From IMG/VR virus record IMGVR_UViG_3300030320_000050, positions 1-13,692 of that record: 13,692 nt of DNA; one strand, written 5' to 3'. The notes below the pieces were generated by a model, which was not told the origin of the DNA, ran no database searches, and saw only the letters and a list, made by a program, of their open reading frames with translations. The position numbers were made by a program, and so were the translations under genes. This document shows positions 1 to 5,657 of the stretch, one piece after another (position 1 is the first letter of the stretch; each line of letters starts with the position of its first letter). The DNA comes from a virus.

Positions 1-140
1 GGGACACGTAATAGCATTTTGCACAAATTTTTTCCCCCAAACGCATATATTTTTGTGCAATCTGCTAGTGCCCACAAATAACAGTACCCATCCCCCCCTG
101 CAGGGAATGGGTATGATCTAGTAATGATTATTATGAAATA
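1..140. repeat. Left inverted terminal repeat (perfect 1-96, imperfect to about 140)
   Basis: Base-by-base comparison with the reverse complement of 13552-13692 gives identity for 1-96. After that the left copy has 2 extra C (97-98), lacks a 6-nt AAGGGG block and has an extra 3-nt TAT/TTA unit. Similarity ends after TGAAATA (134-140). The terminus is 5-prime GGGACACG. Confidence 0.95.
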
Positions 141-145
141 ACTTG

Positions 146-154
146 TGCTATAAT
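146..154 (+). promoter_or_regulatory. Extended -10 promoter element TGcTATAAT (early promoter candidate P1)
   Basis: TG at 146-147 and TATAAT at 149-154. There is no good -35, which is typical for extended -10 promoters. It lies just inside the ITR boundary and upstream of an SD-preceded micro-ORF. Confidence 0.5.
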
Positions 155-179
155 ATCACTTAGAAAGGAGATGTAAAAC

Positions 180-257
180 ATGCTTAGTCTGCTGTGGGTC
201 CTTGGGGCCGTGATTGATATTTTGAGAGGGGTGAACAACGATGATTTCGATGATTAG
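180..257 (+). CDS. Micro-ORF, 25 aa (MLSLLWVLGAVIDILRGVNNDDFDD), hypothetical
   Basis: ATG at 180 is preceded by AAAGGAG (164-170) with a 9-nt spacer, and the stop is TAG 255-257. The N-terminal half is hydrophobic and the tail is acidic. It is too short for the supplied ORF track. Confidence 0.3.
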   Translation: MLSLLWVLGAVIDILRGVNNDDFDD

Positions 258-272
258 CAATATTTGCACGGT

Positions 273-329
273 TAGAATGTTATAATAGCAACATATGTAC
301 TATAGAATGTGGTACACTATAATTGTACC
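273..329 (+). promoter_or_regulatory. Early promoter cluster P2/P3 with operator-like repeats
   Basis: P2 is TGtTATAAT at 278-286. P3 is TATAAT at 318-323, sitting exactly in the 7-nt spacer of the inverted repeat GGTACA (311-316) / TGTACC (324-329). TAGAATGT is directly repeated at 273-280 and 303-310. TGTAC at 296-300 is also complementary to GTACA at 312-316. Confidence 0.45.
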
Positions 330-405
330 AAGAAAGAGGCCTACACCGGATGGCCTGACCCGGGCCCGTCCAGATCAGCCCCTTGGATGAAAGGAGATAA
401 CCACC

Positions 406-642
406 ATGATTATTAAAGACGCATTTGGCAACACTGCAGAGGTCCATCTGTACGACAAGGACACCGGCCTGGATTTTGTGGAAGAGTACCTGAATGCAGG
501 GTCCCTTGACCGTGATGCAGATGGCAATTACCTGGTTAAGGATGTCCCCTACATTATCGACTATACCACCGATGCATGCATCGGAAGCAACCCCGATTTT
601 GAAGAGCCATTGAATGCCGAATGGTACTACAAGGAGATGTGA
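406..642 (+). CDS. Hypothetical early protein, 78 aa, strongly acidic
   Basis: ATG at 406 is preceded by AAAGGAG. I count 11 Asp plus 7 Glu against 4 Lys plus 1 Arg. It is the first substantial gene after the left-end promoters. Confidence 0.8.
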   Translation: MIIKDAFGNTAEVHLYDKDTGLDFVEEYLNAGSLDRDADGNYLVKDVPYIIDYTTDACIGSNPDFEEPLNAEWYYKEM

Positions 643-644
643 CC

Positions 645-797
645 ATGAAGAAGATTATCATTGAAATCGCCGATGATTCTGTTGCCGTGAGCAGTGAGGA
701 CTTAAAGGAACTTACCCATGCTGACATTGCCATTTGTTTTAAAACACTTATTGATGTGGCGAAGATGCTTGGGCTTTGGGACAAGGAGGATACTTAA
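645..797 (+). CDS. Hypothetical early protein, 50 aa (MKKIIIEIADDSVAVSSEDLKELTHADIAICFKTLIDVAKMLGLWDKEDT)
   Basis: ATG at 645 lies 8 nt after AAGGAG (631-636) and the stop is TAA 795-797. It fills the gap between the flanking genes exactly. It is below the ORF-track size cutoff. Confidence 0.65.
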   Translation: MKKIIIEIADDSVAVSSEDLKELTHADIAICFKTLIDVAKMLGLWDKEDT

Positions 798-1052
798 ATG
801 GAAATGCGCAAGTTCATCGTTGAAATTCACCCGGACGGCCATGTGACGTGCTGCGAATATGAGGATCCCCGCGATGCCCGCAAAAGTGCCTGGCTTGCCG
901 GATTCCGTCAGGCCCTCGCTCATTGCGAAGAGCAGGTAGATATTTTTGAGGGATTCAAGGATGCCTGCCAGTCTGCCCGGCTCATGTACCAGGGTGCCGC
1001 TAAGGTCCGTGACGTTGTGGCATCCTGCTACCGTGAATACTACAGCGACTGA
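798..1052 (+). CDS. Hypothetical early protein, 84 aa
   Basis: ATG at 798 is preceded by AAGGAGGA (783-790) and directly abuts the previous stop. Its N-terminus (RKFIVEIHPDGHV) resembles that of the preceding ORF (KKIIIEIADDSVAV). Confidence 0.8.
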   Translation: MEMRKFIVEIHPDGHVTCCEYEDPRDARKSAWLAGFRQALAHCEEQVDIFEGFKDACQSARLMYQGAAKVRDVVASCYREYYSD

Positions 1053-1140
1053 TTAAGTCGAAACGGCCCACAGGGCCGTCTACCGGGACCGCCCGCCCGG
1101 TACTGATGATGACAGGGCCAAATGAAAGGAGTTTTGTATT

Positions 1141-1578
1141 ATGTCTGAAGCAATGACCAAATCCGAAAACACTGGTACCGCTATGACGGTGGCTGATGTG
1201 ATGAATACCGGTCTTGGGTACACCGATATGAACCTTGCTGACCGCTCTGCAGCAGTCGCGTTTTACAACGCGACAAGCAACCCCGTGAACAAGCTGAAAG
1301 AGCACATCAACGAGGTGTTGTCCTTGGTGCATGTGTCCGTGGAGTGCGTGGAGGTCAGCAAGGAGGATGCTTCGGAGGGCAAGGTGATCGCCCCGCGTAT
1401 CGTCCTTATCACGGAGGATGGGCAGTCTTACTCGTGTGTATCCGTCGGTGTTTACCAGTCGCTCAAACGTATGTTTGCGCTGCTGGGTGCTCCGGACACC
1501 TGGACCGAACCTGTGAAGATCAAACCCGTGCTGATTAGCACCAAGAAAGGTCAGGTCCTGTCCCTGAACCTGGTTTAA
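1141..1578 (+). CDS. Putative phage ssDNA-binding protein (early replication module), 145 aa
   Basis: Strong SD GAAAGGAG at 1124-1131. The gene sits just upstream of the terminal-protein and polymerase genes, as gene 5 does in phi29. The C-terminal pattern RIVLITEDGQSY..SVGVYQSL...WTEPVKIKPV..STKKGQVLSL recalls phage-associated SSB families. The function is recalled and inferred, not searched. Confidence 0.55.
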   Translation: MSEAMTKSENTGTAMTVADVMNTGLGYTDMNLADRSAAVAFYNATSNPVNKLKEHINEVLSLVHVSVECVEVSKEDASEGKVIAPRIVLITEDGQSYSCVSVGVYQSLKRMFALLGAPDTWTEPVKIKPVLISTKKGQVLSLNLV

Positions 1579-1588
1579 TTTGACCGGT

Positions 1589-1622
1589 GGCCACAGCACA
1601 AGTGCTGTGGCCTTATTTTGTT
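1589..1622 (+). terminator. Rho-independent terminator inside the early operon
   Basis: GGCCACAGCAC (1589-1599) pairs with GTGCTGTGGCC (1602-1612), effectively a 10-bp stem with a 4-nt loop, followed by TTATTTTGTT. Confidence 0.8.
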
Positions 1623-1635
1623 ATAGGAGATCACC

Positions 1636-1863
1636 ATGAAACGTGACAACAAAGCTATACTGCTAGATAGTGGCGACCCTATAGAGGGCCTGGCACTGGC
1701 CATTGTATACAGCGGAGTGATCGAAAAGGACGCAAAGTTTTTTTGCTCCGACTGGGCCAGGACCCTGTTTAGGTACTTGGGCATTGAAACAGATCCCCTA
1801 GACTGGTATCTGATGATTTTGGACAGAAAGGAACGTGAGAAGCATGGCAGCAGGCGCAGCTAA
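1636..1863 (+). CDS. Hypothetical early protein, 75 aa
   Basis: ATG at 1636 lies 5 nt after AGGAGA. The gene is in the replication module and its 3-prime end overlaps the next gene by 20 nt. Confidence 0.7.
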   Translation: MKRDNKAILLDSGDPIEGLALAIVYSGVIEKDAKFFCSDWARTLFRYLGIETDPLDWYLMILDRKEREKHGSRRS

Positions 1864-2443
1864 AGCAAGGGCGACCCTTAAATATGGTCCCGAATTATAT
1901 ACCCCCTATGCCCTGGAATCCTGGCCGGACAGCGAGATGCGCAAAGAATACACGCGTTTACGCGACATTGCACAGAAACGCCTTAAGCGTTTGTCAAAGG
2001 ACCCCATCAGCAGCACGAGCGACATTTACAAGGAATTCGCCGGAGGTTTTCCGACCATCAAAGCAATGCGCGGAGACCGGAAAGCGCTGGAACAAGCCCT
2101 TGCAGATGTGGCGCGTTTTGTCCGCGCCAAAGGGTCCACTGTAGGCGGAGCCCGTGAGGAATTTGCCGAAAAGATGAAAGTCGGCGGCATTGACGTGTCG
2201 GAGGTCCCCGAAGATCAGTACACGGCCCTGTCCGAATGGTGGGAGATCGTCAAGGCCTCCGGTGTGTATTATTATCCGTCAGATCAGCCCGTCATGTATT
2301 GGCGCGAAAAAGGCGGCTATAATGTCAGCATTGACGATTTTGTGAAATGGCAGCAAGGTGAGGTTAGTTATGGCACAGACTGGGACTATAGCGACGGCAG
2401 CAGCTCTGCCGACTTGCGCGGAGGTTTTGGCGGAGGCTTGTAA
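1844..2443 (+). CDS. Putative terminal protein (TP) for protein-primed replication, 199 aa
   Basis: It lies immediately upstream of the protein-primed PolB, as gene 3 does in phi29. The N-terminal segment is basic (EMRKEYTRLRDIAQKRLKRLSK, compare phi29 TP KAEYARLVKNTKAKIARTKKKYG from memory). The C-terminus is acidic and rich in Ser/Tyr (GTDWDYSDGSSSADL). ATG 1844 is preferred over GTG 1835 because of the AAAGGAA spacing. Confidence 0.6.
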   Translation: MAAGAAKARATLKYGPELYTPYALESWPDSEMRKEYTRLRDIAQKRLKRLSKDPISSTSDIYKEFAGGFPTIKAMRGDRKALEQALADVARFVRAKGSTVGGAREEFAEKMKVGGIDVSEVPEDQYTALSEWWEIVKASGVYYYPSDQPVMYWREKGGYNVSIDDFVKWQQGEVSYGTDWDYSDGSSSADLRGGFGGGL

Positions 2444-2465
2444 TTACAATCCCGTGCCCTGGCTT

Positions 2466-4460
2466 ATGGAGCACTTGGATTGCAAGCACACAAAAGGCAA
2501 AAAGCGCAAGACCAACAAAAAGCGGTTATATGTTAATATGCCGTGTGCGTTTGACATTGAGACCAGCCGAGTTTGTGCCGATGCAGACGGCAACCCCCAC
2601 ACTATCATGTATATCTGGCAATGTCAGCTTGGCCTGGATGTTACCATCATAGGCCGCACCTGGGACGAATGGCTGCATTTTACCGACGCGATCAGCGACT
2701 ACTTGCGGGCCAATAGTGGGCCGCAAGGCAGCTGGTATCTGTGCATGTATGTGCATAACCTTGCTCATGAGTTTCAGTACCTTTCCGGGGTCATGACTTT
2801 TGGCCCCGGTGAAGTGTTTGCAAGCAAGCCCCGCCGAGTGCTGAAATGTGACAACCGCGCGATAGAATACCGGTGCAGTATGCGGCATAGTAACCTATCA
2901 TTGGATGCATGGGGCAAACAGCTGGGTGCTCCGCATGCAAAATTAACAGGCACCCTTGACTACTCCAAAGTCCGGTACCCCTGGACCCCATTAACATCTA
3001 CAGAACTAGCATACTGTATCAATGATGTGCGGTGCATTGTGGAGTGCCTGCTGATCGAGATGGAGCGCGACGGCGACGACCTGTACACACTGCCATTGAC
3101 GCGCACCGGATACGTTCGGCGCATGGCGCGGCAAGCAATGTACAAGTGGGGCATTAACCGGGTCAAGCGCCTGCTGCCGTCGTGGGAACTATACCAAATG
3201 TTGCGTGAGGCATTCCGGGGCGGTGACACCCACGCCAATCGGTATTATGTCGGCCTCCATCTTGAGAACGTCGGGTCCGTCGATATGTCAAGCGCTTATC
3301 CTGCTGCGCAGTGCGAATGTTATTTTCCGATGACCCCATTTCGGCAGGAGCCTGCCACCGTGCAGCGGCTCATGCAATGTATGCGGCACGGCAAGGCCTG
3401 CCTGATGCGCCTACAGATCAAAGGATTACGTCAACGGTTTAAGTGGTGGGGATTTCCGTACATTCCGCTAGCCAAAGTCCGGCACTGCGGGGGGTACGTA
3501 AACGACAATGGCCGCTTGCTGTCTGCAGATCATTTTGAAATTACTATCACCGATATTGATTTTAGGATTATCGCCAAAGAATATGATTGGGATGCCCTCA
3601 ATGTGTTGGACTTGTACACGTCCGACTATGGCAAGCTGCCAGCGCCCTTGACAGATTGTGTAAAAGAGAGCTACACCGGCAAAACGTCCCTCAAAGGTGT
3701 AGCGGGTCAAGACCTGTATTATGTCAAAGCCAAAGGTGACTTAAACAGTTATTATGGCATGACAGCACAAGATCCGCTGCAGCTGGACACGCTTTTTGAC
3801 GAGGATGACCCAGATGAACTTTGGAGCGAATGCACCGACGACCCAGAGGGCAGTTATAACGATCACTGCCCGCATTTGTTTTTGCCATATCAGTGGGGCG
3901 TCTGGACTACAGCCCATACACGCAAGCGCCTCAAGATCGCACAATGGGCCGCAGGCAAAAATGGCGTGTACTGCGATACCGACAGCGTGAAATACATGGG
4001 TGACATCGACTTGACGGATTTTAACAAGTCCGTGAAGCAGCTTGCAAAAGATAATGGTGCCTGTGCTACAGACCCCAAAGGGCATGTGCACTATATGGGC
4101 GTGTACGAGCAGGAACGCAGTTATGCGGAATTTATGACCTGGGGCGCGAAAAAGTACGCAACCACCTACACCAAGGGCGGCAGAATTACCACCACGATTG
4201 CCGGAGTGAGCAAGCGCAAAGGCGGGCTGGAACTGGCCCTCTGGGGTGGTTTTGATGCCTTTAAGCCAGGCTTTACGTTTTGCCTGGCAGCTGGCAACAT
4301 GGTCATATATAATGATCGCCCAAAGGTGCCAGATTTTGTAGTTGACGGCCACACGGTCCACATAACCCGCAACCTATGTATCTGTGACAATACCTACACC
4401 CTGGGAATCACCGACGAATACGCCAAGATACTGGGGTATAAGATCATGGAGGTAGTTTGA
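2466..4460 (+). CDS. Family B DNA polymerase, protein-primed (phi29 gp2-like)
   Basis: Motifs in order: ExoI AFDIET, ExoII VHNLAHEFQYL, ExoIII AYCINDVRCIVECLL, motif A DMSSAYP, motif B KGDLNSYYG, motif C YCDTDS, and KxY GAKKYA. The start is ambiguous. ATG 2466 has no SD. ATG 2370 has an AAGGTGAGG SD but overlaps the TP gene by 74 nt. Confidence 0.95.
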   Translation: MEHLDCKHTKGKKRKTNKKRLYVNMPCAFDIETSRVCADADGNPHTIMYIWQCQLGLDVTIIGRTWDEWLHFTDAISDYLRANSGPQGSWYLCMYVHNLAHEFQYLSGVMTFGPGEVFASKPRRVLKCDNRAIEYRCSMRHSNLSLDAWGKQLGAPHAKLTGTLDYSKVRYPWTPLTSTELAYCINDVRCIVECLLIEMERDGDDLYTLPLTRTGYVRRMARQAMYKWGINRVKRLLPSWELYQMLREAFRGGDTHANRYYVGLHLENVGSVDMSSAYPAAQCECYFPMTPFRQEPATVQRLMQCMRHGKACLMRLQIKGLRQRFKWWGFPYIPLAKVRHCGGYVNDNGRLLSADHFEITITDIDFRIIAKEYDWDALNVLDLYTSDYGKLPAPLTDCVKESYTGKTSLKGVAGQDLYYVKAKGDLNSYYGMTAQDPLQLDTLFDEDDPDELWSECTDDPEGSYNDHCPHLFLPYQWGVWTTAHTRKRLKIAQWAAGKNGVYCDTDSVKYMGDIDLTDFNKSVKQLAKDNGACATDPKGHVHYMGVYEQERSYAEFMTWGAKKYATTYTKGGRITTTIAGVSKRKGGLELALWGGFDAFKPGFTFCLAAGNMVIYNDRPKVPDFVVDGHTVHITRNLCICDNTYTLGITDEYAKILGYKIMEVV

Positions 4461-5524
4461 TGATTAAGCTTTATACAGACGAGGGCTGGCCCAACTTTTC
4501 AGAGGATGACGGCATTCTATCCACCGGTGCCCCTATCATTTTTATCTGGGGCGGACGCGGCACCGGCAAAACATACGGAGCCCTCAAGCATGTGCACGAA
4601 AAAGAGGAAGAGTTTTTGTACTTGCGTCGCACGCCGCAGCAGGCGGAGTTGATTTGTTCGTCTCCATTGATGTGGCCATGGTCCCCGCTGAACAACGACC
4701 TGCATACACACTATGCGCCATTCAAAATGTCAAAAATTGCGGGCATGTACGAGGTGGGCAATGCCGGGGCCTATACTGACACTGGTGTACCTATTCGACC
4801 GGCGCAAATGTCTGGGGTGCTGGGCAATGTTGTCACAATGGCCCGCACCCGTGGCTTTTCGAGCCCTAACACCGATATTATAATCCTAGATGAATACCAA
4901 AAAGAGGAATCCGACTATTACCGGCGCGGAGAGGGCGTGGGCCTAGCGAACATATACGAGACGGTCAACCGCAACCGCGAATTGCAAGGACAAAAACCCA
5001 TCACGCTGCTGTGCATGTCGAATGCCGTGGGCATGGCGAACCCTTATTATATGCAATGGGATATTACCGATACCGTGGAAAAGATGATCGGAAAGAAAGA
5101 GCGCATCAAGCTGCTAAAAGACAAGGGCATTTTGCTGATTGACTTGGTGGATAGTCCCATCGCCAAGGAAAAAGCAAATACGGCTCTGTACCGGTCAATG
5201 AGTGGTACCGACTTTTACCGGTCCGCGATTGAAAACCAGTACAGCGCAGAGGAAAAAAGCCTGGTGGCGTCCCGCCCCTTGCGCGAATATTACCCCCTTG
5301 TGCAGATTGGCCGGTGCTGTATCTACGAGCATAAAAGCAAACCCGTCTATTATGTATGTCGGCACCGCTCCGGCGAAATGCCAATGTACGGCACCGGCGA
5401 CTATGAGCGCAAACGATTCCGGGCCGCGTATGGGTATATCTGGCCCGCATATCTGCAGCGGCAAATTGAGTTTGAGCGATATTCGGACGAAATTTTTTTC
5501 CGGGAATACTGCAGCAATACTTGA
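4460..5524 (+). CDS. DNA encapsidation (packaging) ATPase, phi29 gp16-like
   Basis: Walker A GGRGTGKTYG, Walker B IIILDEY, and LCMSNAVGMANPYY matching phi29 gp16 CLSNAVSVVNPYF (recalled). ATG 4460 overlaps the polymerase stop (TGATG) and GGAGG lies 7 nt upstream. Confidence 0.9.
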   Translation: MIKLYTDEGWPNFSEDDGILSTGAPIIFIWGGRGTGKTYGALKHVHEKEEEFLYLRRTPQQAELICSSPLMWPWSPLNNDLHTHYAPFKMSKIAGMYEVGNAGAYTDTGVPIRPAQMSGVLGNVVTMARTRGFSSPNTDIIILDEYQKEESDYYRRGEGVGLANIYETVNRNRELQGQKPITLLCMSNAVGMANPYYMQWDITDTVEKMIGKKERIKLLKDKGILLIDLVDSPIAKEKANTALYRSMSGTDFYRSAIENQYSAEEKSLVASRPLREYYPLVQIGRCCIYEHKSKPVYYVCRHRSGEMPMYGTGDYERKRFRAAYGYIWPAYLQRQIEFERYSDEIFFREYCSNT

Positions 5525-5548
5525 CTTTATCCCACAATCGAATATAAT
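5521..5548 (+). promoter_or_regulatory. Near-consensus sigma-A/sigma-70 type promoter, TTGACT-16 nt-TATAAT (late or middle promoter candidate)
   Basis: TTGACT at 5521-5526 overlaps the ATPase stop codon, the spacer is 16 nt, and TATAAT is at 5543-5548. This is the only -35/-10 pair of this quality that I found in the window. Confidence 0.65.
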
Positions 5549-5554
5549 AAAGAT

Positions 5555-5634
5555 AATCCCCGGTGCCCAAAGGCAGCTCCCAGAAGGAGCGGGCAAGCGT
5601 CAGCCAGCGCAAGAACCGGGGATTTTATTCTATT
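5555..5634 (+). ncRNA. Candidate small structured RNA / terminator-attenuator transcribed from the 5521 promoter
   Basis: A 10-bp closing helix pairs AATCCCCGGT (5555-5564) with ACCGGGGATT (5615-5624) and starts at the predicted +1. Inside, GCCC/GGGC (5565-5568/5591-5594) stacks on hairpin GCTCC-CAGAA-GGAGC (5576-5590), and a small second hairpin forms from GCG..CGC (5597-5610). The structure is followed by TTTTATTCTATT. Confidence 0.4.
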
Positions 5635-5657
5635 CATATTTTACGGAGGTACACAAA

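Noticed and set aside
337-356. Small hairpin AGGCC-N10-GGCCT and the overlapping CCCGGG/GGGCCC palindromes (361-367) in the 5-prime leader of the first gene, considered as a riboswitch or attenuator.
   Set aside because: The stems are short, there is no U-tract and no alternative-structure logic is evident. This is probably just a GC-rich leader.
1000-1599. Long minus-strand ORFs here and at 3741-4361, 5106-5612, 6021-6581, 6925-7680, 10131-10661, 11616-12296 and 12577-13047.
   Set aside because: Each lies antisense to a + strand gene that has motif-level support and an SD site. Their translations are Arg/Gly/Ala/Cys/His-rich and low in complexity, as expected for the shadow frame of mid-to-high GC coding DNA, and none has a convincing SD. 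I treat them as frame shadows, not genes.
2358-2465. GTG 2358 as the polymerase start, as in the ORF track.
   Set aside because: This is merely the first in-frame start after a stop, and the SD-like AAGGTGAGG overlaps it rather than preceding it. ATG 2370 and ATG 2466 are the realistic candidates (see the finding on the TP candidate and polymerase start).
5202-5657. The 203-aa ORF-track call 5202-5813 as a single gene.
   Set aside because: Its first 152 codons overlap the ATPase gene out of frame and cross the promoter and hairpin region. Only the last 51 codons (from ATG 5658, GGAGG 7 nt upstream) look like a real YvrJ-like protein.
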